Virus record (IMG/VR): IMGVR_UViG_3300036943_000490
Coordinates: 1 to 47,116 of that record
DNA from: a virus
Direction: 5' to 3' (one strand)
DNA: 47,116 bases
The position numbers and the translations under genes are program-made. The notes under the pieces were generated by a model that did no database searches, was not told the origin of the DNA, and saw only the letters and a list, made by a program, of their open reading frames with translations. Positions 1 to 9,680 of the stretch are shown here, in pieces. Numbering within the stretch: position 1 is the first letter of the stretch; each line of letters begins with the position of its first letter.

Positions 1-127
1 ATTTAAGATTTTAGGAGATGCTTCTGGAGATATTCATAAGGTTTTAAGACTTGGAGATGGAATTGCAGTTTATGGAGATAACAGTGTTGTTTTAATGAAG
101 CCTGAGGAAGTTAAGTTTGGTTTCTTT
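1..127. repeat. Terminal overlap, identical to 46990-47116 (contig closes on itself)
   Basis: Direct comparison: both copies read atttaagattttaggagatgcttctggagat...gaggaagttaagtttggtttcttt without mismatch, so the unique sequence is 46989 bp. 127 nt is a common maximal assembler k-mer, so this is most simply the signature of a circular or circularly permuted molecule. Confidence 0.9.
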
Positions 128-838
128 ACAGCGTTAGAAGTTGGAATACCTTCTATCAAAGCAATAGCGGGCTCTGATTCTGAGCATGTGTTTGTAGATA
201 ATCTTTATAGAATATGGCGTTGGAAGGATGGTAAGAAACCAGAACTTCTTGATTACAGTCATCACATAGAAAATCTAACTTTGGATAATATTATAGTATC
301 TGTTGATAAATCTCAAAATGAATATTATATAAGTGATGGATTGAAAACATATCTTCTAACAGATTATGGATTAAGTGAAATTCATCAACTTATAACATCT
401 GTTTTTCATCATGAAGGGAATGTGTATGGAGTTGTAGAATCTGTAGGAGCAAGTGGATTTTATCTTGAATCAGAGCGTCTTGATTTTGGATTACGTGGTT
501 TGAAAACTATTGTTGCAATAGAAGTTGGAATTAGCTATAGTAGTGATTATATATTAGATGAATTAACTGATGAGCTAGAAGATGAAGATAGTGATTATCT
601 TTCTGCATCTGATATTCATGGAAGTGTTAGCTGGAAATCTAATATAGCAGGTTCTTTCTCTAATACAACAAATAGATTAATAAATCCAAATGGAGTTTTT
701 TATCCAAAAGTTACCGGAGATGAATTTAAAATAAAATTAGTTTGTCCAACAAGAACTAATCTACAAATTGATTATATGAATATTAGAATAAATACAACAG
801 ATAAAAGGTCGATTCGTGGGAGGATAGATGTTAGTTAA
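2..838 (+). CDS. 3' portion of the wrap-around virion structural gene that starts at 46328 (full product about 499 aa)
   Basis: The frame of ORF 95..838 stays open back to base 2. It is in phase with the ORF entering the terminal repeat from 46328 (47116 equals base 127; next codon starts at 128). The acidic tract DELTDELEDEDSDYL echoes TDELDSELLDELADAL in the N-terminal part. Function unknown; lies in the tail/virion block. Confidence 0.75.
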   Translation, partial: FKILGDASGDIHKVLRLGDGIAVYGDNSVVLMKPEEVKFGFFTALEVGIPSIKAIAGSDSEHVFVDNLYRIWRWKDGKKPELLDYSHHIENLTLDNIIVSVDKSQNEYYISDGLKTYLLTDYGLSEIHQLITSVFHHEGNVYGVVESVGASGFYLESERLDFGLRGLKTIVAIEVGISYSSDYILDELTDELEDEDSDYLSASDIHGSVSWKSNIAGSFSNTTNRLINPNGVFYPKVTGDEFKIKLVCPTRTNLQIDYMNIRINTTDKRSIRGRIDVS

Positions 839-1250
839 GCTTATTTCAAAAGATCTTAATAAGTATTGGCCAGTTATTGCTGAGTCATTAAAAAAGACTT
901 TGACAAAAGAAAAGCTTGATACACCAGAAAAACTTAATTCAATTTTAAAAGCTCTTCTTTTAGGGAGTTTAACTTGTTGGTTATATATAAATAATGAAAA
1001 AATAAAGGGTGTTATAATTACGTCTATTATGATAGATCAATTTTTACAAGAAAAAAATCTACTTATATATAGCGTATATACAAAAAGTTCAAGTGCTGAA
1101 GAATGGGCAGATTCCTTTGATGGTTTCTCAAAATATGGAAAAAGTATTGGATGCAGTAAGATTATTTTTTATACTTCAGATAAGAGGTTAATAGCTATAA
1201 CAAGGCACTTTGGTTTTATATCAAGTTCAGTTTGTGAGATTGAGATATAA
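828..1250 (+). CDS. Hypothetical protein, virion gene block (140 aa)
   Basis: ATG preceded by GGGAGGATAG and overlapping the upstream stop (translational coupling). No motif recognised. Confidence 0.6.
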   Translation: MLVKLISKDLNKYWPVIAESLKKTLTKEKLDTPEKLNSILKALLLGSLTCWLYINNEKIKGVIITSIMIDQFLQEKNLLIYSVYTKSSSAEEWADSFDGFSKYGKSIGCSKIIFYTSDKRLIAITRHFGFISSSVCEIEI

Positions 1251-1276
1251 CCTTCATTCAATATTTGAACATAGGA
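1251..1276 (+). promoter_or_regulatory. Intercistronic palindromic motif (IPM) copy
   Basis: CCTTCATTCAATATTTGAACATAGGA, ends 7 nt before ATG 1284. Confidence 0.6.
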
Positions 1277-1283
1277 AATTATT

Positions 1284-2279
1284 ATGGGCGGATCAGGTGG
1301 TGGAAGTTCTTCTGGTGAGATAGACTATCCAGATTATATGAAGCATAGGCATCAATACTGGCTTGATAGGATGTCTACACTTATAGCTAATACAACATCT
1401 GGAGCGAGCCCTTTTGCTACAGCGACTGCTTATAATCCAGATTCTGCAGTAACTTATATGTTATCAGCTGCTTGTAATTTTGAAACGGCTGTTGATGATA
1501 TGGAAGCTACTACTGATTTTGCTAATGCTATTACTAATGCTATAACTCGTTTTGATGCCTTAGCTGAAACTCCTACATGGGTTGATCCAAGTCCTGCTGC
1601 TGCAGATGAAATATCTGCTGATGTTGATGCTTTTGAGTCTGTACAAGATGATCATATTGAGAATGATATTCTTCCTAGATTTAAAGCTGGAATGAGAGAT
1701 ATTAATGCTGTTCAGACATCTTCATTTGTTTTAGGACAGGCTTATATAGAAGCTTCTGGAAGTAGGGATGTAGCTAAATATCAAGGTGATCTTAGAACAA
1801 AAGCATACTTACTCAAAGATGAGCTTATGGCTAAGTCTGCTATTGCAGAAAATTCTTTTAATTTGCAACTTGAAACAGATCGTCGAAGAAATATTACTGA
1901 GATGAATCATGATATTCTTCAGTATATGATTCAGAAGATTCAATTCTCTCAAGCTGTGGCTCATTATCTTATTGAAGTTCGTCGTATGCAGATTGTTGCT
2001 AAGAAAGAACAGTCTGATGTTAATCTTCTTCTAGATGAACAAGATGCAAAATGGGATCTTGAGGCATATCAGTATGGAGCTAATATGTTAGGATCAATTG
2101 GTGGTGGAACAGTTACTAATAGTATGTCAAAGGCTAGTAAGATTTCATCAGCTTTAGGAGGAGCTTTATCTGGGGCAGCGGCTGGGACTATGGTTGGATC
2201 TGCTGTTCCTGGAATAGGAACTGCAGTTGGAGCAGCTGTAGGTGGTATTGTTGGATTAGCTGGAGGACTTTTATCTTAA
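1284..2279 (+). CDS. Virion-block protein with Gly-rich N-terminus and C-terminal glycine-zipper-like hydrophobic tail (331 aa)
   Basis: MGGSGGGSSSGE start. The C-terminus GGALSGAAAGTMVGSAVPGIGTAVGAAVGGIVGLAGGLLS is typical of membrane-inserting small-residue zippers. Role as an internal or ejection protein is inference only. Confidence 0.55.
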   Translation: MGGSGGGSSSGEIDYPDYMKHRHQYWLDRMSTLIANTTSGASPFATATAYNPDSAVTYMLSAACNFETAVDDMEATTDFANAITNAITRFDALAETPTWVDPSPAAADEISADVDAFESVQDDHIENDILPRFKAGMRDINAVQTSSFVLGQAYIEASGSRDVAKYQGDLRTKAYLLKDELMAKSAIAENSFNLQLETDRRRNITEMNHDILQYMIQKIQFSQAVAHYLIEVRRMQIVAKKEQSDVNLLLDEQDAKWDLEAYQYGANMLGSIGGGTVTNSMSKASKISSALGGALSGAAAGTMVGSAVPGIGTAVGAAVGGIVGLAGGLLS

Positions 2280-2299
2280 TTCATTTATTGAACAAAGGA
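2280..2299 (+). promoter_or_regulatory. IPM copy (left arm shortened)
   Basis: TTCATTTATTGAACAAAGGA, ends 7 nt before ATG 2307. Confidence 0.5.
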
Positions 2300-2306
2300 T
2301 ATTATT

Positions 2307-2780
2307 ATGGCCGGAGAGGTTATTTTTAACACACCTTTGAATACTCCTAACTATTCATCAGGTGGAAATTATGGAACTAATTGGTTATCAAGTGCTGCTG
2401 GAGCATTAGGAAATTGGATTAATAGAAATCCAAATCAGTTTGCTATTATGGCTGATACTATAGGATCTAAGTTAGCTCCTAATAATCCTTTTGCAGGAGT
2501 TGGAACTACATTTGGAAAGAGTGCTATTGCTGCTGAGGAAGCGGCTAGTGGTAATAATAAACTTAGCATGCTTGAAAGGCTTATTCAAGGATTGACTGAA
2601 ACTGGAAAGCCTGGAGGAAATAATATAACTATTAAAGCAAATCCTAATGGCGGATATACTGTTAATACTTCTACAGATTTAAAAGATCTAAATAATCCAA
2701 CACAGACTCCTGTTTTATCAGATAAATCAGCAAACGATCAATATGGAGTCTTATCTTCTTTTGTGGTAAATGGGAGGTAA
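2307..2780 (+). CDS. Hypothetical virion-block protein (157 aa, Gly/Asn-rich)
   Basis: ORF track; IPM plus SD upstream; no motif recognised. Confidence 0.6.
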   Translation: MAGEVIFNTPLNTPNYSSGGNYGTNWLSSAAGALGNWINRNPNQFAIMADTIGSKLAPNNPFAGVGTTFGKSAIAAEEAASGNNKLSMLERLIQGLTETGKPGGNNITIKANPNGGYTVNTSTDLKDLNNPTQTPVLSDKSANDQYGVLSSFVVNGR

Positions 2781-2781
2781 T

Positions 2782-3723
2782 ATGGCTAATCTTTTTGGAT
2801 TGTCTCCTGAAGAGATCAGTAGAATTCAGAATAATCGTTTAGCAGAATCTGCAACACTTGGCACAGTGGCTAAAGCACTTGCTGATGCCAGAAATAATGC
2901 TGTTGGAAAACAAATTATTACTGGTAAGGTAGGTGATGTTGAATATCCAGTTATGCTTGAGGATGTCCCTGCTTTTGCAAATTATGCTGCTCAGAATCGG
3001 ACAGAGACTTTTAATCTTCCTGATGGAAATGGAGGATTTGCTTCTTTTAAAATTCCACTTGCTGAGCAAGATAATATGATTAAAGTTCTTGCTGAGAAGA
3101 ATAAAATAGATCAACTTTTGCCGATTGAGAAAGAAGCTCTCAATGCTTTGACTTCTCAAAGAAACGCAGCTGCTACAGCGAGTATAGCTTCTGCTAATAG
3201 GGATCGTACTTTAACACCTTTTGATGTTGCTTTAAAAACTCAGCAAGCCCATCAAGCTTATGAGACAGCGAGAAATACTGGAGTAGAAGCAGATATTAAA
3301 AGTAGAACTAATACTGCTATTCAAGCTCTTAGTGGTGTAACAGATCCTAATAAACTTTTTACTGAAAATCTCGGAACAGCTGTTCAAGCAGCTCCTTCAA
3401 CAATTCCAGCTCTTGCTAATAAATATAAACCTGAAGGAACTGGTCCAACAATTGAAGAGAAACGTAAGCTTCTCAAAGATGCTGTAGCAATCAATCCTAA
3501 AAGCATGACTCTTGGAGATGTTAATGCTTTTAATACTTTAGCTGAGGAAGCTAATTTTAACACTATGGTTTTATCTGATGGTAAAGATTCAGAGTATATT
3601 CTTCTTCCTATAGTTAATGGAGTTCAGATGACTCCTAAGCTTGTTAGAGAATATGCTACAAAAAATAATATGCAGATTAATCAAGTTCTTGAATTAATTA
3701 AGAATCAGACTTCTGAGGAATAA
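2782..3723 (+). CDS. Hypothetical virion-block protein (313 aa)
   Basis: ORF track gives 2770. I prefer ATG 2782 (MANLFGL) because GGGAGG lies 5 nt upstream and the upstream stop ends at 2780. Confidence 0.6.
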   Translation: MANLFGLSPEEISRIQNNRLAESATLGTVAKALADARNNAVGKQIITGKVGDVEYPVMLEDVPAFANYAAQNRTETFNLPDGNGGFASFKIPLAEQDNMIKVLAEKNKIDQLLPIEKEALNALTSQRNAAATASIASANRDRTLTPFDVALKTQQAHQAYETARNTGVEADIKSRTNTAIQALSGVTDPNKLFTENLGTAVQAAPSTIPALANKYKPEGTGPTIEEKRKLLKDAVAINPKSMTLGDVNAFNTLAEEANFNTMVLSDGKDSEYILLPIVNGVQMTPKLVREYATKNNMQINQVLELIKNQTSEE

Positions 3724-3724
3724 T

Positions 3725-6700
3725 ATGGGAATATTAGAAGATATTGTTAAACAAGATAATAAGACTTCTGATAATAATCCTGTTTTTAATTGGCTAGACA
3801 AAGCAATGACTACTAAATCTGCTGAGAGAAAATCTTTAGATTTAGATGCTGCTAAGTCTTTAACAAGAAATCTTTTCGTACCGCTTGAAGGTGCTAAGAC
3901 AGCTATAGACATTGGAAAAATAGGTACAAATTTTGTAGCAGGTTCTGTGAGTTATCTTCCTTCGTGGCTTGCTGGCTTAGGTTATACTGGAGCTCAAACT
4001 CTTGGAAATGCTTTTATAGATAGTAAGACTCCTGGCTCAGAAGGATACGAAAAGAAAACTCCTGAAGAGATAAGAGCAGAAGCTGAAAAAGTTAAAGAGA
4101 AAGTGGGATCTTTTATTCCTCAATATGATATAAAAACTTCTGAGGGAAAAGCAGTTAATAGAACAATAGAAAAAGGTTTTGAATATTTTAACACTGTCGC
4201 AGATGCTCTTCCATATCTTGTAGGTGTTACTAAAGAAGATAATCCAAGAACGCATATGTTAGCTCAGTTTATCTCTGAACTTGGAATGTTTAAAGGAGTT
4301 CATTCTATTGGCAATCGTGCTTTTGGAGCAAGTAAGAGGATTGCAAATAAGGTTAAAGATTATAAAGAAGGTAAAGGGGATATAAATACTGATATTACTT
4401 CTGAGTTGGATAAGATTTTTAAAAATCAGAATATAGATAAGCCAACAGCTGAAGATCTTGCTACACCTCAGAGTCGACAGGCTTATATTAGAAGAGTCAT
4501 GCCTGAAACAGCAGCTGATCGACAGGCTGAGATAGAAGCTGTTATGGGAGAGAAAGGATATAAAGAATCAGGAAGAGTTGAAGAACCTTCTGAATATATT
4601 ATTGAAGAACCTCGTAAGACTATTTCTGGAGAAAAGTCTGTAGCTCAGACTAATCTTGAAGCTCGTACTGATATTAATAAGAAGATTGAGATGATGAAAA
4701 AGATTCAACCTCAGTCTTCTATTTCAGCACTTGATAATGTTAATAGGATTAGAAAAGAACTTGGCTTAAAGCCTTATGAATTACCAAAACGAGAATTATC
4801 AAAGGAAGATGTTAAAGTTACTAATGTTAAAGAAGAAATCTTAACTCCTGAAGAAACAATAGATAAGTTTAATGTAGATAATCCTGGACATAGTGTTATG
4901 TTTAATGGAGAGCAAGATTTATCTATGTTAAATCGTGGTCCTATGTATTATTGGACTGCAACAGAAGGTAAAGCAAAAGGTGCAACTTTTACTACTGATT
5001 CATTGAAACCAGAAGAAATTCAAAGTAAACTTACTGAAACTGTCAATAGATTTAAACCTTCTAATGAAGAATTAGATAAAAGACTTAACGATGCTCTGAC
5101 AAAAAAAGCAGAGAATGGTCCTAAGATTGAAGAAGCTCTAATTAAATCTGATGATATTATTATAAGAGAAAAACCTGAATCCTTTGTTCAAAAAACAAAC
5201 AAAGGAAAGACCACTATTGATCTTGATCGTTTTCCTGACTGGGTTGAAACTGAGCTTGAAGCTATTTATAAAGATCCTAAAGCACCTAAGCGCATGAGTG
5301 GTATTGCTAAACAACTTCTCGAAACAGGTGAACTTGACAAACCAGGTCTTGTTAAGACTTTTAAGAAATGGTATGAAGGTGAGAAGAAAAAAGTTGATGA
5401 TATAGAAGTATCTGATAAGCTTCCTGAAAACATAGAACGAGTCGATCCTGAGACTGGTAGAGAAGCAGGCGGATGGGAGGTTCCTGAGAGGCCTGTTTAT
5501 AAGTCTAATTTTCAGGCTCAAACAGACTTTCTCACAGGTGAGACTGTTATTAAAAATAGTAAAGGAAAGGTTATAAAGAATAAAGATATTGCTCAGATGT
5601 ATCTTGAGGAGCTTGGTCTTGGAGGTAAGCTTGTTAAAGATCCTTCTTCAGGCGGCTGGAGAGTTAGACGTTCTGCTAAGGATAGAAAAGCTTTCGAAGA
5701 GAGACTTCGTCAGGAATATGAACAGCAACTTAAAGAAGAAGGTCTTGGTGAGGTTGAGCTTGAATCTTCGATGGATCTTTTCGATATTATTAATAATGAG
5801 AGAGGATCTGTTACTATTAATTTTAAGGAAGCAAAAGATAAGATTATAAAAATATTAAAAAACGAAAAAGGTGAAATAAGAATCTCACTAAAAGAAGCTG
5901 ATAAAATTCGAGATCTTCTTAATATCAAAGGTTATTCTTCCAACGATATCTCAAAAGCATTGAGAGCTAAAGGAATATCTGAATCTCAGATCAAAGAGAT
6001 TCTCCATAAATCCTCCGTTCAAATATCGAACAAAGGTGAGTCAAAGTTCTTTCAAAAAGGTGATGATCCTAATGAGTTACTTCCAAGACGAAAAAAACAA
6101 GGAGATAGGTTTGCTCCTGCTGTTACCAGAGCTATGGCAAATGCTATTGCTACAGCAAAAGATATTAAAGGAAGATTTTGGAATGAGAACTGGTCAATCG
6201 AAACAGGAGATAAAACCTTTGCAAGAATAACAGATGTTAACGGTCCGAAGATTGAGAATATTTTCTATGATAAAATTAAGAAAGCAGACGCAGATGCTTT
6301 GAAAGAGTTTAAACAAAAGCAGAAACTTTCGAAAGCTCTTCGGACAAATCTTTCTGGAAAATCTCAGAAGCGAATCGGTATATATGCTCTTGCTAAGCAA
6401 GAAGGTGGAGAAGCTATTCTTGAAAGAATGGGTTATACTGATATGCCTAAGCTTACTCCTGCTGAAATGAATGCTTATGAAACGTTAAGATCTGAGTTTA
6501 AAGAATATTATGATAGAGTTAATAATGCCAGAGAAGCAGCTGGTGAATCTCGTTTTCCTGCAGTTGATAATTATTTTACTTGGATAAACGATATGAACTG
6601 GCTTAAGGAAGAGCATGGAATAGGCATGACTGAAAACTGGCAGACGATGCAGAGTAAGCTTCATAATAAACAGATCGGACCTTCTTTCCGTTTTGCTAAA

Positions 6701-7957
6701 TATCGTGGAGGAGATATACCAAGAAAGCTTGAACTTAATCCTTTTACAATCTATGAAAAATATTCTAAGGCTGCTCTTGATACTATTCATAAAGCAGAAC
6801 CTCTTGCACAACTTCATGAACTTCTTGGAGAACGTTATGGACTTCAGAAGAATGCACCTAATCTTTATAACTTCTTAATGGAATGGAGAGGTACTCAGAC
6901 TGGTAAACCTCATATTTTTAACATAGCTAATCCTCAAACTATCAGAGCGCTTAGAATTCTTAATAATAATGTTATCATGGGAATCTTATCAGGCACAGTT
7001 CGATCTGCATTGATTCAGCCTACAGCGCTTCTTGGTTCTTTCGTTGAACTTAATCATCATATTGTGACTGGACTTGTTAAGAGTCTTGATCCTAAAGAAT
7101 GGAAGCGAGCTTATGAGACTTCTAATACTCTTATAACTCGCTCTCCTGATGTTGCTATATATGAAGCTATGGAAGGATCTGGAAAACTATTAAAAGCACA
7201 AAGAAAAATTGCAAATGCTGCTTTGACTCCTCTTACAGTTCTTGATCAGCTATCTGCAACTGCTACATGGCTTGGAGCTGAAGCTAGAGCGAAAGCTCTT
7301 AAAATGGAAGATCCTGTTAAGTATGCAGATAGCATCGTAGATAAAACTCAAGCATCAGCTGCTAAGACAAATCGTGCTCCTATTCAACGACATATTCTTG
7401 GTCAGACAGTCACTGGTCTTCAGACCTTTGTAATCAATCACTGGGGATGGTTAACAAGAGATGTTCTTGGAATAGGTAAAGCAGATCGTTCTAATCCAGA
7501 GACAGTTGCTAATGTTATGAAATTTGTTATGGCGACAGCTCTTATTAATTCTGCTTATGAAGATTTCTTAAATATTAAATCTCCTGTTGCCACACCGATA
7601 AGAGAATATGAAAGAATAAAAGATGAAACAGATGATAATTCCAAAGCCATCATGGCTGCTTCGAAAGAGCTTCTCGAGTATATACCAATCTATGGTGGGA
7701 CTATTAAATATGGTTCGCAGTTTGGTGGTCCTCTTGTTAATACTCTTTGGGATCTTTATTCTGAAGCTGAGAAAGGTGAGATAGGATATAAGGAAGTTGG
7801 TAAGCTTATGGGGATTCCTGGGACAAATCAGTTTTCGAAATCTTATCGTGCTTATGAAAGAGAAGGATCGTTGGCAGATATTATTCTTGGAAGATATATA
7901 GAAACACCGAAGAGTGGAAGAGGGAGGACAGGCAGGGGAAGCAGGTCCTCCCGATAG
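3725..7957 (+). CDS. Giant virion protein (1410 aa), candidate internal core/ejection protein
   Basis: Single uninterrupted ORF with a K/E-rich central region. It is the last gene of the plus-strand virion block. No sheath or tube genes are seen, so a podovirus-type internal protein is more likely than a tape measure. Function is positional inference. Confidence 0.45.
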   Translation: MGILEDIVKQDNKTSDNNPVFNWLDKAMTTKSAERKSLDLDAAKSLTRNLFVPLEGAKTAIDIGKIGTNFVAGSVSYLPSWLAGLGYTGAQTLGNAFIDSKTPGSEGYEKKTPEEIRAEAEKVKEKVGSFIPQYDIKTSEGKAVNRTIEKGFEYFNTVADALPYLVGVTKEDNPRTHMLAQFISELGMFKGVHSIGNRAFGASKRIANKVKDYKEGKGDINTDITSELDKIFKNQNIDKPTAEDLATPQSRQAYIRRVMPETAADRQAEIEAVMGEKGYKESGRVEEPSEYIIEEPRKTISGEKSVAQTNLEARTDINKKIEMMKKIQPQSSISALDNVNRIRKELGLKPYELPKRELSKEDVKVTNVKEEILTPEETIDKFNVDNPGHSVMFNGEQDLSMLNRGPMYYWTATEGKAKGATFTTDSLKPEEIQSKLTETVNRFKPSNEELDKRLNDALTKKAENGPKIEEALIKSDDIIIREKPESFVQKTNKGKTTIDLDRFPDWVETELEAIYKDPKAPKRMSGIAKQLLETGELDKPGLVKTFKKWYEGEKKKVDDIEVSDKLPENIERVDPETGREAGGWEVPERPVYKSNFQAQTDFLTGETVIKNSKGKVIKNKDIAQMYLEELGLGGKLVKDPSSGGWRVRRSAKDRKAFEERLRQEYEQQLKEEGLGEVELESSMDLFDIINNERGSVTINFKEAKDKIIKILKNEKGEIRISLKEADKIRDLLNIKGYSSNDISKALRAKGISESQIKEILHKSSVQISNKGESKFFQKGDDPNELLPRRKKQGDRFAPAVTRAMANAIATAKDIKGRFWNENWSIETGDKTFARITDVNGPKIENIFYDKIKKADADALKEFKQKQKLSKALRTNLSGKSQKRIGIYALAKQEGGEAILERMGYTDMPKLTPAEMNAYETLRSEFKEYYDRVNNAREAAGESRFPAVDNYFTWINDMNWLKEEHGIGMTENWQTMQSKLHNKQIGPSFRFAKYRGGDIPRKLELNPFTIYEKYSKAALDTIHKAEPLAQLHELLGERYGLQKNAPNLYNFLMEWRGTQTGKPHIFNIANPQTIRALRILNNNVIMGILSGTVRSALIQPTALLGSFVELNHHIVTGLVKSLDPKEWKRAYETSNTLITRSPDVAIYEAMEGSGKLLKAQRKIANAALTPLTVLDQLSATATWLGAEARAKALKMEDPVKYADSIVDKTQASAAKTNRAPIQRHILGQTVTGLQTFVINHWGWLTRDVLGIGKADRSNPETVANVMKFVMATALINSAYEDFLNIKSPVATPIREYERIKDETDDNSKAIMAASKELLEYIPIYGGTIKYGSQFGGPLVNTLWDLYSEAEKGEIGYKEVGKLMGIPGTNQFSKSYRAYEREGSLADIILGRYIETPKSGRGRTGRGSRSSR

Positions 7958-7959
7958 GA

Positions 7960-8547
7960 TTATATAATTTCTCTTGCTAAAAGTTCAAAAAAACATTTCT
8001 TCGTATAAGTACAATCAGCCAAAGCATCATGAAGTTCTTCAGCAAGGGGCTTGAATCCAAAAAGCTTCTGATGAAGTTCTTCTAGCTTTGGCCATTTGAA
8101 AGAGTTAAGCCATTTGTTAGGAAGGGCACAATAGTTTGTGGTTGACTTCATTGTGCAGATCGCTTCTTTATTTTTAAGATGCTGAGCAGGAAGCTCAAGA
8201 CCATTTCTTACAAGAGCGAGTCTTGTCATAGGAAGATCAAAAGCAACGTTATGACAAACTATAATATCTGCATTATAAAACATTGTTAGAAAGATTTCTA
8301 ACGCTTGAAGTTCTTTAAGTCCAAACTCAGCGTCTTTAACAGATATTCCATGAACTTTTTCTGCTCCAGGATCTATAGATCTCCCTTCTGCTTTAATATT
8401 AATAGCCAGTCGATTAAAATCCTTCTCTCCATTTGTAAGAATCATTCCCATCTGAACAATCCAAGGTTGTTCTTTAGCAGGTTTTGTTTCAATTCCTTTC
8501 TTATAAAAGCCAGATGTTTCTGTGTCATAGATAAGATATTTTGGCAT
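7960..8547 (-). CDS. DnaQ-like DEDDh 3'-5' exonuclease
   Basis: YDTETSG (Exo I), CHNVAFDLPM (Exo II), LHDALADC (Exo III, H-x4-D). Confidence 0.8.
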   Translation of the reverse strand: MPKYLIYDTETSGFYKKGIETKPAKEQPWIVQMGMILTNGEKDFNRLAINIKAEGRSIDPGAEKVHGISVKDAEFGLKELQALEIFLTMFYNADIIVCHNVAFDLPMTRLALVRNGLELPAQHLKNKEAICTMKSTTNYCALPNKWLNSFKWPKLEELHQKLFGFKPLAEELHDALADCTYTKKCFFELLAREII

Positions 8548-8726
8548 TAATCAATCCTCTTTACTGTTATAATTATGTCATCTGCTAAATCATTAATAGT
8601 TATATTATAAGTTGGTATAATATTACCATCGTCTAGATATTAAATCTCTGGGTATATAAAATTTACCTTTTATGCATATCAACCTCCTAAATGAATCTAA
8701 TGATATATAAAACTTTCCTTGTCTCA

Positions 8727-9254
8727 TTATCTTCCCTTCTCCTTCCATCTTAAATAAAAATTATCTTCAAAATCTCTCAAACCTATATGAGATTTATTAA
8801 CCATATCCTTTGTCATATCATCGTAGAATTTTATCTTTGTCACAACAAGATCTGTAATTCCAGCATTTATAATAATAGCCATACAGTTTTTACAAGGAAC
8901 TTCACAAGTCATATACATTATAGCATCTTTACATATAACTCCATGCCTCGCTGCATTAGCTATACAATTTACCTCAGCGTGTGCTGCTATACAAATATCA
9001 AGACCTTCTCCTGATTTATAACCTAGAGTATAACGTGGACACTTTCCGTCGTCCATATTTGTGTATACTATTTCTCCGTTTCTTTTTATTGTTCTTGTAT
9101 CACATCTTTGTATTCCTCTTGCAGGTCCGTTATATCCCGTTGCTATAATAGATTTATCTCTGACAAGAATCGCTCCGATTTTACGAGAAAGACATTGAGA
9201 GTTGGATGCGACAGTGTTTGCTATATCATAGAAATATTGATTCCAGCGGTTCAT
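8727..9254 (-). CDS. dCMP deaminase (CMP/dCMP-type zinc deaminase)
   Basis: HAEVNCI zinc/catalytic motif followed by PCKNCMAIIINAGI; size 175 aa. Confidence 0.85.
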   Translation of the reverse strand: MNRWNQYFYDIANTVASNSQCLSRKIGAILVRDKSIIATGYNGPARGIQRCDTRTIKRNGEIVYTNMDDGKCPRYTLGYKSGEGLDICIAAHAEVNCIANAARHGVICKDAIMYMTCEVPCKNCMAIIINAGITDLVVTKIKFYDDMTKDMVNKSHIGLRDFEDNFYLRWKEKGR

Positions 9255-9484
9255 TTCTTCTTCCCTTTCACTTCTTCTTGAAGTTTAGAAAGTCTATCTG
9301 TTGCTCCTTTTAGTTTGCCTAAGTTATCATCTTTATCATCTGTAGGAACACTATCATTCATAATAATACTTTTAATTGTATCAATCTCATCACAAATCAT
9401 AACAAGTGCATCTTTAATTCTATCATGTTGAGCACGTTGAGTTGGAAGAATGTTTTTAATTTCTTTTCTAATTTCAGTTGTCAT
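9251..9484 (-). CDS. Hypothetical protein (77 aa)
   Basis: ORF track; 4-nt overlaps with both neighbours. Confidence 0.55.
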   Translation of the reverse strand: MTTEIRKEIKNILPTQRAQHDRIKDALVMICDEIDTIKSIIMNDSVPTDDKDDNLGKLKGATDRLSKLQEEVKGKKK

Positions 9485-9680
9485 TTTCTTCCTCCTTTAA
9501 AGTAGGTCTTAAAAGTTTCGTTTCTGTGTTTATCTCTAATGGATAATACTTCCAGTCTTTTATTTCTCCTTTCTCTATTATAGGTTGTTGGACATAAAGG
9601 TTAGAACGTACCCATTTTCCTGTTGTTGCTGTGCATGATGATAAGATTATTAGAGATGATATGATTAGTAGTTTTTTCAT
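9474..9680 (-). CDS. Small putative lipoprotein (68 aa)
   Basis: MKKLLIISSLIILSSC: basic n-region, hydrophobic core, L-S-S-C lipobox. Confidence 0.55.
   Translation of the reverse strand: MKKLLIISSLIILSSCTATTGKWVRSNLYVQQPIIEKGEIKDWKYYPLEINTETKLLRPTLKEEENDN

Noticed and set aside
1-127. The 127-bp terminal repeat as a genuine physical direct terminal repeat
   Set aside because: The length equals a standard assembler k-mer, and the repeat cuts through the middle of a coding sequence. This is more parsimoniously an assembly closure artefact. It cannot be settled without reads.
5138-5521. Antisense and alternate-frame ORFs within large genes. Examples: 2839-3159, 4037-4255, 5138-5521, 5589-5928, 6036-6878, 8305-8550, 8787-9014, 11084-11505, 12484-13612, 14120-14669, 15762-16046, 16534-16911, 19806-20287, 21330-22011, 22339-22674, 29932-30372, 31337-31555, 37499-38687, 38755-39042, 39649-39930, 40824-41048, 42835-43674
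   Set aside because: These are typical AT-rich shadow ORFs (F/I/L/K/N/S-rich). Each is nested in a better-supported gene on the opposite strand or in another frame.
7955-7962. Convergent ends of the plus and minus arms only 2 nt apart, as a possible bidirectional terminator
   Set aside because: No hairpin or T-tract is visible at the junction. It is noted only as an absence of a terminator, with no positive signal to report.
8548-8726. TGGTATAAT (extended -10-like) on the plus strand in the spacer before the exonuclease gene, as an antisense promoter
   Set aside because: A single hexamer in very AT-rich spacer, with no -35 box and no downstream plus-strand gene. This is likely chance.
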